Of a DNA stretch of 64,000 nucleotides, positions 1-13,059 are shown piece by piece. The stretch's first letter is position 1. Every line of letters starts with the position of its first letter. Made by a program: the position numbers and the translations under genes. The DNA comes from Geosiphon pyriformis uo1 (lineage: Eukaryota > Fungi > Glomeromycota): positions 235,331 to 299,330 of the forward strand of contig JAAOMT010000761.1 of assembly GCA_016748015.1 (NCBI GenBank), in the 5' to 3' direction. Under the pieces are notes generated by a model that saw nothing but the letters and a program-made list of their open reading frames with translations, did no database searches and was not told where the DNA came from.

Positions 1-2520
1 TAGATTAAAAAATAAAAAACACATTAAATTAAAAAATAAAAAACACAAATTTTGTGATTATTTTTATATAAATAAAACAATATAATAAGTTAAAATATTT
101 AAGTTAATATATTTTTATAATAATTTTATTTATAAATTTAATTATATTTATTATATAAGTTTGATTATATTATGCTATAATTGTGTATTATAAATAATAT
201 ATTATTATAATATAAAATAATAATATTATAGAATATTTAATTATAAATTTTATCAAGAAAAAAAATGGTTTTATAGTAATTAATAATAATTTAATATATA
301 TTTGTTCCCTAATTATATAATAGTTTTATTTATATTTAACTTTAAAATATTATTATTTTATTTTATTTTAATTAATAAAACCAATTTAATTAATTTAATT
401 TCAAAAAAGTTAACTTAAATCTAATTATAAAATTTATAATAATAATAATAAAAAAACCAAAATATTATATTAGCAAAATAAATTATAAAAAAATTAAGAT
501 TAATTACAGATATTAATAAAGCTTAAAAAAATAAATTATTTTATAATTTATAAATAAATAATTTATATTTAATACTTAATAATTAAAAATTATTTTAGAT
601 ACATTTTTTTTTAAATATTAGTTTTAATAATAATATTATTAAATTTAATTTAAAAGCCAAAAATAACAATAACATATTTTAATTATTAAATAAAAAAATT
701 ATAAATATATATTTAAAAAACCAAAAAAAAAAATTTTTTTTTTATATACTTAAAAATTTTTCAAAGATCATATTTTAATAAAAAGAAATTTTTCTGTTTT
801 TTTTTAATTTAATAATTTATTTTTTTTAATAGTTTAAAATATAAAATATTTTTTTATAGATTCTTCTATTATAACAAAAGTATAAAATTTGTAACAGAAT
901 TTTTATCTTATATTCTGTTATTTTTATTTTTTTATAAGTATTTTTGTTAATATTATCTTTTTGTTGTTATAAAACTAATTTAATATATTATTTTAAATAG
1001 TTTTTAAGTTTTATTTATAAAACACAATAAAACCAAATTATTAATTTTAAAAATAATATAATTAAATAAATAATTTATTAAAATAGTTTTAAACATGGTT
1101 TTAAAAATAATCATTTTTTTAATCAAAATAAAAAAAAATTTAATACTGTTTTTTTAATAATAATAACTTTTTTATAATATTTAACAAAATAAAGTCTAAT
1201 TATTACTTAATATAATATAATTAATTAAATATAATTAGCTATTTAAGCCAATTAAACTATATTTTAATTATAATTTTATTACTAAAACTTAAAAAAATTA
1301 GTTATATAAATATAAACTATTATAATATTAAGTTTAAAACAATTTTAAGTCTTATATATTATATGATTTTAGTTTTTAGTAATAAAAATTTATTATAAAT
1401 CAGATTAAACTTAATTTAATATAATAAATACAGATGTTTTAGACATTTTGCTTTAGAAAACAATTTTTTATAAATGTTGTATTTTTTAATATAAGAAGTT
1501 TAGAAAATTATTTTTTTAAAATAATTATTTATAATTAATCTGCTTATATACTAAAAAAAAGTTTATATTTTGTGACTGGTTTTTTTAATAATAAGTTTTA
1601 AATTCAAAAAATATTAACAGTTTTTTTTATATTAATTAAATTTTATAAAAAATAGTTTTTAGTTAATTTAAATATTTTTGGCTTAAAAATATTTTTATTT
1701 TAATTTATTTTGTTTATAAATTCTTATTTTTTTTGAAATTTTTTATATCTTTTTTTTAATTAACTTTTGAATATTTTTTGTTAATTAAAACTTTTTTCTT
1801 ATAATATTTTTAAATTTGTTTGTTTTTTTGATAATTTTAATTGCTTTAAAATCTAATATAGATTTAAATATAATTTTAAAAATTTTAGATATATTATTTA
1901 AGTCTTATACTAATAATTTTAATAGCTTTTTATTATTATAGTTAAATAAATAAACTAATAAATAGCAAGAAAAAACTGTATTATATGATGATAAAATAAT
2001 TAAAAAGATAATTCAATATTAATAAGTAAATTAAATTAATAAAGATTTAATATTTAAGATTAGTTTTATAAATATTTCAGTTGTTATTTTTTTTAAAAGA
2101 TAATAAAAAAATTTAAAGATAGAAAAATAGTTTATATTATTACCAAAAAATAATACATTAATATAATTCTATGTCTTATATTAGCATTTTTAAAATTTTA
2201 ATATTAGATATTAGTTGTACTTTTTAGTAAATATATTTTATAAACAAGCTTAAAAACAAATTATACAGAAAAAACTACTAAATTTTTACAATTTATTAAA
2301 ATTTTTAGACAAATTAACAATCTTTTTATTTGGTAAATTATTTAAAAAAAAACAGAAATTTTTTATAAAAAATTGTATTTATAATATTATTAAATATATT
2401 ATTATTTATACAATCTAAAAATTTGTATTATTTAAACTAAATATATAATAAATCAGATAACATAATATAATTAATTTTACAATAATTAAAAAAATTTTTT
2501 TTTATTCACTTTTAACAAGT
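1..2520. repeat. Extremely AT-rich, gene-free tract; probably heavily decayed transposon sequence
   Basis: Almost only A/T, no CpG seen, no ORFs in the track, and it abuts the decayed LINE. TE origin is inferred. Confidence 0.4.
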
Positions 2521-2569
2521 ACAGTCCAACCACTACTTAAATACATAAAATTAAATAAGATTTTAAATT

Positions 2570-5500
2570 AAATGTGGCTCATGCCTTTTTTACATGTGAC
2601 TGGACACTCATTCTAATCAAGACAGCACTATACATATACAGGATCTGTTAAAAAGATACCATCCAAGAAACCAAAGCCCAGACTAGTAAGGCAAAAACAC
2701 AAACTGAAACACAAATAAATATCCAATCTGAAACCAAATTCGTGGATAATACCAGTATCTCACAAACTTAACAAATTATTAATTGAAGACACAATAGATT
2801 CATCATGTGGTAAAAGATTGTGTTTCTTATAGAAGGCTCTTAACTTAGTAGCAGACAACTAGATATCAGATCTATGACTTTTAGTAAGATTATAGACCAA
2901 CCTGACAATCAAACTGCTGCCAGATTCTGAACCAAGACATGAAACAGCATCTGACACCCAGTTTTTTAGTACAAATCTCTTAGCTAATAACATATACAGA
3001 TCACTAGCAGACCCAGTCTTACTCAAAGATTGCATTACCCTACTTCCCACAGCAGAATTACCAGCAATCTTACACTACTTCACACCAATATTCGACAGTA
3101 TATTCAGTCTGGCAACTTTATCATGCTTACACAAAAACAAGTGATCAGAGTTTTTAACCACTCCACATCTAATGCACACTACACTAGGATATTTAGGATC
3201 ATACAATCTCTTTCTCATGGTGACCAGCAGACAATAATACAAAGACTTCATAAAGTAAGACCATAAAGCAGCAGAAAATAAGCTGGTATAACCAGAGCAA
3301 ATTCCACCATCAGGGTGCCAAACACTAAAAAACTTGAAAGAATTGACATCTTCAGCAAAACTAACATCAACAATGTTGGCACCAAATTTGGACTCCCAAT
3401 TGACAAAATTTACAGCTTCAAACAAATTCTTAACAAAATGACATGTGTTCCCAAAAACAGGCCTGTTTTCAACACTAAAAAAGCAATACAACATGCTTAA
3501 AGACAATACAAACTTAAACAAAGTTGTTGCATTCACAAAAAAATCCACATATTTGTTCTCAATAATGTCTGAATGTTCTTTGACTTTTTTCTATGTGACT
3601 GACAAATTCTTTTTTGAAATAGCTTGACAAATATGCTTTTTCTCAATCTAGCATTTGCGATGAAAATCAAGACCAAAACCACTGACATCAAACTTGCATA
3701 TATTCAGTAACACCTGACTGTTCATAAACAAGATGATTGTGCTAGAGTCAAGAACACACTTCAATGCTAGAGCAATGGCTTGCAACTCTACCAGCATAGA
3801 GGACAATAATCCAAGAACTTTCACACCAATACTCACATTGGCTTTTGGAAAATAAGCTGCAGCACCACTATAGACACCAATAGACCCCAAACTTTTGACA
3901 GAACTATCCATATAAACATCAATAGAGCCATGTTCAATAGCAAGCAACCGCTTAAAAACCAAACCAATATCACAAACAACATCAGCAGAAGCAGAATGGG
4001 ATGCCATAACCATGTTATTGCTCAAACCACCATTCTTGATAAAATCAGAAACAGAAACAAACTAGATAGAAATTAGACCTCTGAAGTCAAGCTTTTTCCA
4101 TCTGCAAAAAGTGTTTCAAGTAAAACACACACCATGACAATCCAACAGTTGGTTGGCAAAAATAAGACAATATTTCCTGAGAGAATTCCTCATACTCAGG
4201 TAGCTACACATGCCCAACATGTTCAGGATTGGCACTCCAGACCCAGCTCTAAAAACATTAGAAAGAATACCACCCAAAGAAGTATTGCATGAAGCAAGAG
4301 CATGCATAGCACCAGCTAAAAAACAATTCAAAAAACTAATAGGTAACGTAACTGGAAAATGGAGAGAATACTGGGACATCTAGCTTGCTGCCTATAAGTC
4401 TATTGCCCTGTGGTCAAAAAACCTGCCAAGAGTTCCACCTGTATTGCTAAAATTGACCAAATTGGCCATTAAACTTTCAGTAAGTACCTGTTTAAAAGAC
4501 TTTAAGCCATATAACTCAAGATGATGCAATGTCATACTAAGAAAGTCTCTAGGCAAATTTGCATTGAGCTTAAGTCCCCTTCTCAGTAACTTGTTCCATT
4601 TTTTGCAAACACTTTTAAATGTAAAGCTAAATTAAAGATGATAACAAACAATAGACTGAAAGACAGCAGAAACCAGATACAAAAATTGTTTTTTAGTGAT
4701 GATTTTCCTCAAAATCACATTCAAAAAAAATCTGACATCAGCATGGGCTTTGGTTAGACTTGGCTTGAACAAGCCATCAGTAAACAAAAAAATTCCCAAA
4801 TAATGATGAGATTTACTTTTCTTAACCACAGAAATCTTTGATTCATTAATGGATAATTTAGCTTTCAGAACACCTTAGTTGATAAGAATGGCAACAGTCT
4901 TACTAATATTTATTGAAATATTATTAATAGCAAAAAACTCACTAGTTATGTTTAAAATATTTTGTGTTGTTGTTAAGCAGTTTCTAATCCAAATTGTGTC
5001 ATCAACAAAGGCATTTACAGTGAAAAATATAGTACTGCCACCATTTAGGTCAGGCTTATCAGACTTAGTGTAGAATGTCAAGCACATTCTGTAGTCATAC
5101 AACTGTTTATGTTTTTTGACTTTACAGAGCAATAGGTTATAAAAGATTCACCACAGTAGTAGTAAAAACACCTCCTCTTGATCTAGTCCATCATGTACAA
5201 TATAACCATCAGACAGACCAAAGTCTGTCATAACCTGATTGAATCTTCTATTGTGTATGTCACCAAAGAAGCTTATAAAGCAGGGGCACATTTTAATCCT
5301 AACTAGACTGTTGCACAAATAGGTTCAACCAACAGAATTGTATGCTTTGCACATATCCTGAAGAACCAACCATAACTCCCTATTCTTCTTCAAAGCATCT
5401 TCAATAATCGAGCCAACAGCAAAAATAGAAGATTGTATGAAAGTGCTCTTCAATAACAAGAAGTTGTCACTACACAAAATGTCATATCTATTACAAGCCA

Positions 5501-6010
5501 AAAAAATTCTGTCTGAAAGAATTTTAGACAAGATCTTTTGTGCAGTCTCAACCAGTGCTATTGGCCTAGTGTTGATAAGGGTACCTTTCCAATTATATGA
5601 TTTAGGAATCATAGAAACCCAAGATTTCCTCCACTATATAGAAACACTACCAGATTTCAAGCACCTATTAAAAACATTCAGAAAACCATTGAGAACTAGA
5701 GAACCATTGTGCTTCCAGAGTTCATTGGGAATTCCAGAAAGCCCAGCAGCCTTATTATTAGGCAATTTTTTGACAATCACCAAAAGTTTATCCAGACTGA
5801 TATTACACATAACTCTTGAGAATGTATCATCTTCAATGTAATCCAAAGGAGTGTATTAATTAAGCCACCAATCTGAAAGGACACCAGAAACTAAGTGTTT
5901 TCTCATCCAACCTTCTATTATAGTATCAACTGAAGACTTGATAGCCTGAGGCTTCAAGATAAGCTTATTATCAACAATTAAATAATTGAAAACCACTTTT
6001 CTGAAGGGCA
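2570..6010 (-). mobile_element. Degenerate, 5'-truncated non-LTR (LINE) retrotransposon ORF2: reverse transcriptase, RNase H and C-terminal CCHC knuckle
   Basis: Minus-strand ORF fragments occur in the expected order. RT motifs: KAAGLSGIPNELWK, IPK...TRPIALVETAQKILSKIL, LVLQDMCKAYNSV, AFVDDTIWI (YADD-equivalent), INISKT. RNase H: IDVYMDSS...GAAAYF...VELQAIALAL...MNSQ. Knuckle: CIRCGVVKNSDHLFLC. Many stops and frameshifts. Confidence 0.9.
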
Positions 6011-8400
6011 AACAGTACTTTTGTTTTATTTTTGTTGATATGCTCTAACTGATCAATAAAAAAAGCTTGGTGGTTGGACATATTATTGTAAATAGCTGGA
6101 ATATATATAACAGATTGTATTAAGCATTAATATTTCATAATAATATTTTGTATTAATTCAACTACTTTGTCATTTAATTGGTAAATAATAACAAATTTTT
6201 ACTGAAAATATTGTGGAATGGTTTAATAAAGTAGAAACAATAATTGACCAATGTTAATTCTGATTATAAAAGTCTTTATGTATCTTTTTAGCTTATTTAG
6301 CTTACAAATAAACAAATTTTTTTGCAGAATCTGTTTTCTTTTCAAATACAAATATATAATATATTACTGTGGTAACATGTGCATAATATTTAAAGATATA
6401 AAAACAATGTCTATATATTTATATTAACTTTTTAGTTAGTTTTTTTACTAAATTACTTTCAGTTAAAAGACTTTCTTCCTCTCTTTTTATGAAACAAACA
6501 TCCAATACCAAATAGAAAAAGTCAGGTTATATTTACTCATTCATAATTCAATAATAAAGACTTAACAATAAGTACATCCCAAAATACAATAAATAAATTA
6601 TTGGTGATGTCAACAAATGGCAAAAGAGCAATATATATAATAAATTCTTTCCACACTTTTAGGAAAAAAATTTTTAAGCTTATAAAAATTTTATTCAAAT
6701 AATCCAAAGAAAGTTTTTTCTTAAAATGTCATTCATAAAGGGATGCATAAACTTTGATCAGATATATAGGTAGTTACTGAAGCCAACTAGATAAATTTAA
6801 CTTTTCTATAATGTAAAGTGGTTTTGCACTGAACATTTCCTTAATCTGAAAGTATAAATCAGAATCTGTGTTAGAAAAAAGCCAATTAAACATACAAATT
6901 CGAACATATGTGTTTCTTAATATACTTTCTAACTTACTATCAATGTGTTTTTTTGTTTGTTCAGTAGTAATGAAGAAATAAAAGGAGCAAAAGCATAAGT
7001 TAGTCAATGTATACAAGAAAAAAGTGTATGATGTGTTCAAAAGATGGTTGTATTATTTGTTTACCAATTATCTTACTCTTTACTTTTAAGTTTTTTTACC
7101 AAAAAAGCAATATTCAAAATATTTAATATTAAAAAATAAATATTTTATGATATTTCATATATTAATTATAATATAATTTACAAATTAACTTGTAATTTTT
7201 GCTTAAATTATCATAAAAAATAAAAAATTCTAAATTCTATGTTTCAATATTTGTTTTCCTTAATGGAATGAAGTTAAACTAATTTTAGTTATATTTATAT
7301 TGCCCAATTAAATTTACAAATTACAAATCCAAAGTCACATTTAATGTTGCATCTTGCAGATTAAATTTAGTTTTTATTAGTCTTTTTTTGGAATGTATAA
7401 ACATCACATGTACGTACCAAACTTAGGCATTGATCAACTATTTAAGTATTTTTATATTAAAAAAAAATTATTCCCAAGCAAAAATAAAACCTCTAAACTA
7501 TATGCCATGTATTATCAACTATTGTAAACTTTCTCTTTTTGCGATGCCTTTTGTCGCATATCTCCTTTTTTTATATTATGATTATTATTAATGAGTAAGG
7601 CCCAACCACTATCTACTACAATACAACAAAGAATATGCTCTAAAGTAAACGTGGATCTTTCATATTTGTTTTTATTATTATTTTTTATAGAATGGATTTA
7701 ATTTTAAAATAATAAACTTGACTGTATTATGGTCTCTAAATTAGATTAATAATTATTTGTTAATCTTTATAAAATTTTAAAAACAAGAAATAACTTTTTT
7801 GTCGATTGCCAAAACCCTATTTTTGTTTAGTATCTGCTTTTGAAACTAGACCGAAAATTTAATCTTCAAAGAACAATATTTTTTTGGTGGTGAGGAATAT
7901 CGTTGCGAATTTAAAATCTCTAATAAAAAAAATAAATTGTAAAGTCCAGACCATTTAGGAATACATGTATTACGCAAAAAAATACTTATATTTTCTTTCT
8001 ATGTATGACTACAATTTTTTTATGAATATTAAGTACATGTTTTGTTAGCTTTTTGGAGTCTCGAATTTCTATTTCTATCTTTCTGAATTTCTGTAATTTT
8101 ATCAATGTTGATCGAAAAAAAAATTAGAGATAAGTTAAAAAAACTTGTCCTCTGATAATTGTTTGAAAACGGGATGTCTTGTAAATGAAAATTCTAAAAT
8201 GAATGAGAATTCTTGGTTCCTAACTAACTATGATATTGCTAAGAGGCAATAATGATTATCATGATCACAATGTTTTTGGAACACAGAACGCAAGTTGGCT
8301 GTCTTTCAGAAAACATAATAAATAAGATATCAGGGTTTGCATCCTAATTCAAAAGAAAATTATTTTTGTACTTATATATCTCCATAAGAGTAAAGTAAGA

Positions 8401-9221
8401 ATGTATAAACTGCAGACTCTAGTTTTAATAGGGGCTCTTCTTGCTTTGAAGGTATACATTACTAAAAGCACATTAAAGAAGTGAAATTTTTTTTTTAGGA
8501 GTAATATTAATAATTCTTATCTTTTGAGCAGATTATTAAAGCACAAAATTTTCTATCAACTATCTCAACTATTCTTTCATCACAAAACTGGTATATCTGT
8601 AGTCCAACCAACACAATATGTAAGTAATTTAATTTTTTTTGATTTTAATGAATAGGTTTAATCTTCTCAACAAATTTTTAATGAAAAATTTTATTATTAG
8701 ACTATAACATAATCTTGTTAGATAGTAAACCACAAATCACTAATGATATTAGTAAAATAGACTCCGATTACCCAATACTTACACTTTTTGGAGCAATTTC
8801 AGGTTTTATCACATTTATAGCAAGTGAAACTGAAACCAAAAAGTATCTCGACCCAAATTTTACCAGTAATCTCACATATAAACTGAATTCATCATGTTAT
8901 CATATTATGTCAATAGTTCTTATTAAGGCTTGTAGCAAAAATGAAGACTTAATCAGACAATCTGCTATACTCTGTTTGGTAATTACTAATCCAATGAATC
9001 AGACGATTACTTTCAGGTTGGATTTAGAATTTAAACATCTTTCTAGTATTAATACTAAACCAAATACATCTACTACACAATCACCACTTAAATCAAGTAC
9101 TCCTACTTCAGCCTCTAATACACCAACTCAGACTGCATTCAGTGTTAAAATTTTAGTTATCAATTTAGTACTAATTGTGGCCAGTTTTTTGATTTCATAT
9201 TTTGCTGTTTACACTCTTTAA
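8401..9221 (+). CDS. Secreted, probably GPI-anchored Ser/Thr-stalk surface protein (~219 aa, 3 exons)
   Basis: Exons 8401-8451, 8532-8619 and 8701-9221 join in frame through GT-AG introns. N-terminal signal MYKLQTLVLIGALLALKIIKA-Q, a Cys-containing domain, an S/T/P-rich stalk and a hydrophobic C-terminus VKILVINLVLIVASFLISYFAVYTL. Confidence 0.8.
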
Positions 9222-10363
9222 ATTGGAGGAAAATTAGTGCTGGAACCTTGGACGTTGGAGTATTAGATATTACATGCTTTTTTTAATTAAATATTCTGTG
9301 ATAAAATTAATATCATTAAATTAAAAAAAATTTTAACTATCTGCATTTTTCAGTTTTATTATTATAAGCAATGAAAACTTGAAGTCTAATATTATTGAAT
9401 TAATAAATATTATAATTAAAATACATTCAAATTTGGAGTCATATTTGCATTAAAAAAATATATTAATTAATTGATTACCAATTATTCTAAATTTATTTCA
9501 AAACTTTTAATGTCAATTAATTAAAATTTTTTAATATTTTAAACAAAAAATTGTTTGTCATATTTTTTATTTTTAAAAATTGTCAATTATATTTAGAAAT
9601 TTTTGTTTTTTTTTAAAATCTTTATAAAAAAATATTTGAAATAAAAAAAATTAAAATCATCATAATACTGAATATCTATTTTATTATTTATATATTTTTT
9701 AAAAAAATATAGAAACTTATTAATAACCATAATTTGAAAATACTTTAAGAAAAAATAGGAATTGAATTGAAATAGATTTCTTTGAAATGCTTTTTTTGAG
9801 TGTAATCCAAACATTATTTACTTACATACAACATGTAAACATTCCTATAATAGATGTGACTCATACGCTTGTTAAAATGTGATTAACCTCCCGAGATTTA
9901 TGTGTAAACACATTTTGAATACATGTAATACGAGTTTATAATTTTGTTATGGTAAATAAAGATTTATCACAAAACAAATTAAATTTTAAATCAATATTAA
10001 TTTAAATTTTTAGCATAAAAATTCGTTTTTTTATCCGATTCTAAAGTTAAATTAATAACTAATAATTGTTATATATTCAAGAACTTAATAAATAGAATAA
10101 ATTATAAGATTAGTAAACACTAATATTTTATCATATTTTATCTTCACTAAAAATTAATCAAATTAAAAGCAGAAAACCATTTTTATTCCGAAATTTATTA
10201 ATATTTTTTCTTTTATTTAAAATTTATATGCTTCAAAATATTGATAAAATTAAATTTTATCCCTTTCAATATTCACGATACCACTGTAAATATATTTTCT
10301 AAACAAATTTTAAAAATTTCTGCATGACATATTACACTAAAATAAAAATCTTTTAGCCGATAA

Positions 10364-10783
10364 TTATTTAATTATGAATCTATCACCATTGACGCAACCA
10401 CCAAAAGACACAAACAGCATAGAAACAAGTCCCACAGGAACTAGGAACAACAACACACTGTTCACAATATATTGACCAGCTAGAGGGATAAATATAAGAG
10501 CATCAGCAGCAATACCACTGTAGGCCTTTAGCAGATGGTTTATTTTCTTACTCACTTAGTTTTTTGGGAATCTGATGAAGTAATGGCACATAATTATCCT
10601 TATTTTCAACGTAGTTAGAAAATTCGCCACTTCTTCCATCCCCTACTGCAGAGGGAAATTGAGAAGGATTACCTTAGCCTCCTTGTGGCCTTGATTGAGC
10701 TTTCACTTCAGTTAAGGTATTAATAGCTATCAAGCAAAGAACAAAATGGTAATAAGAAAAAGACTAAAAGTTTTCTTGGACAT
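10364..10783 (-). pseudogene. Disrupted small secreted-protein gene
   Basis: ATG at 10783 gives MSKKTFSLFLITI, then after a 1-nt shift in a T-run FVLCLIAINTLTEVKA-QSRPQGG*GNPSQFPSAVGDGRSGEFSNY. A Cys-rich frame lies downstream (CEQCVVVPSSCGTC). TATATAA sits ~90 bp upstream. Needs a frameshift and contains an in-frame TAA. Confidence 0.45.
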
Positions 10784-13059
10784 TTTGAAAAGTGAATCTT
10801 TAGAAATAACAATTGAAAATATTTATTTGATTTCTAAGGATAACTTTAAAAATTAATCGACTGAGATGTTCTTTATATAAGAGTTTAAAAGATTATTTTA
10901 TTTTTAACTAAAATTTATTATCTGAGCTTTTCTTTAAAAGGGAGTTTCATAGAATGCACAGTAATAAAAAAAGTCATTCATTATCGGATTCCGAAATAAG
11001 TATAAACAAATAAATTTGGGGTTTTAATATAAAATAATATGTTCAATGTTTGGCTAGAAATCTTGAACGTTTATTTATTTTAACTAATAATGTATATGTA
11101 AAGCTAAAATAATCCATAATTCTGAGAATAGGAGAGAGTTCGTTTAATCGGGCAACATTATCGATTTTTTTTTATTTAATTTACCTTTATACTTTTGCAA
11201 CAATTTTCGAACCAATCTGATAAAAATAGTGATTATCAGCTATTGCTTCATGACAACTTATATTTAAAATTTCATATTTTTTAAAAAGCTATCTATTTTA
11301 ATTAGATGATTAGAAAATTCTAAAATTAGATTTTGAATCATAATGAAATTTTTTTTTTCTGTTTAATGTTTTCTAAGAAGATTAAAGATATATTGAGTCA
11401 TCAATTCAATGACGCTAGCTACCAAAATGTTGACGTAATTTTGAAAACTTGGGATTAAATTTTTTTGGTCTTTACAATTAGAAAATTTTGAAACTAAGTT
11501 ATAAATTGAGAATGCGAACTCAAAAGTTAGTTACTTTCAAAGTCCCAAAAATGCTGATCTTTTGCCCAGAAATTCTCGAATTTTTTTAGGTTTGACAGAT
11601 ATGAAATTCAGAAATGCTTCTTCAACTATAGAATATCAAATGCCATATATTCATTCGGGCTCAAAGTTTTCATACTTTGCTTTTTTTATGAAAAGTTAAA
11701 TTCGACATCGAAAGTTCGTAATTGACAAAATTTGTTTAGAGATTTTCATAGTAACTGTTGACCCATACAGAAAGTTTCAGAAAAACAAGTTAGATTAACT
11801 TTAATTTCCAATTAATTATTTGAAAGTTGTATTCAAATAAATTCGATAATCTGTACAAAAAAACTGCAAATACTCTTTAGCGAAGAATGGATAAAATAAA
11901 TTAACCGAAAAATATTCAGATAAACTTCGCACATATTTGTGGGAAGAAAATAATCCAAATTTCAGTGGGAGAGGCAAGTATGAAACTTCCAAATTTAAAA
12001 GAGCTTACAACTCAAGACGGTTAGAATCAGATGTATGTTAATTTTATTAGAAAATTATATTTTATTCTATAATTTTTTTTAAAAAAAGGGAACTATGCTA
12101 CTATAATTGATCGGCGAAGATCAGATTATTTCCAAAATTAACTTTGGGATGGCTCTCCTTATATGAACTGAGAACGTATATCAATTTTATTTTTAGGCAT
12201 TCTTAAACTCTAATGGGAAAATTCTGAAAATTTTAGTATTATACTACCTCTATTAATTTTATCTTTTGAACTCCTCTAATAGGAAGATGAGTTCACTTAA
12301 AAGCTTGACAAGCTATTCTTAATTTTTTAATATCATAGTTTACAAAATCTAACGACAATGAAATTAAACGGAAACTGAAGAATTCACTTTGATAAAAATA
12401 TTTGTTAGATGTAGCTTATCTTTCAATAAATTTTTAATATTCACAACAACAAAATTTCCATCTTTTCTAATGGTAAATTTCGCTATAAAAGACCCCCCTC
12501 AATCCATCAAATTTGAATTTTGAAATTTTAACTATTTTAAATGAAGTCATCATTGAATCCTCGTGAAGAAAATTATTCGTTTCCGTAATAGTAAGCTACG
12601 AATCTTACCAAGAATCTCCCTTTTTTAATGTTGTATCGGGTGCTTAGAATATTAAAAACTTCCTAATTAACAGGCCTTGAGATGCAATGTTTTTTCTAAA
12701 TTTTAAATATTAAGAGTTATGTATTTTTAATATTTTATTGCAATGAATATATATTAATTATTCAAAGAATAACTGTGAAAACAAAACTTATTCTATCTTA
12801 TAATGACGAGATTCCCAAGTCACCTTTAACGGTAAACCTTTTGAATTTTTTAATCTTTCAAATAGTTTTTTCTTATAGACTATATTAAATCTGACTGAAT
12901 ATTTTGTTAACTTTCAATTGTTTTACAATCCCTAGAGATTAAAGAGAAATCTATCATTCTCTGTAATAACTTCTTGTTCAGGCCAAAAAAAAGATATAAA
13001 TGAGCTTAATTATATTAAAATTTCCAAAAGCCACGAAATCTGTGTACCATATGCTATAC

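Noticed and set aside
3030-5841. Plus-strand ORFs over the LINE
   Set aside because: Antisense shadows without motifs.
11880-12200. Exon-like fragment (LTEKYSDKLRTYLWEE...) with a GTATGT donor
   Set aside because: No start, no recognisable family and no consistent downstream frame.
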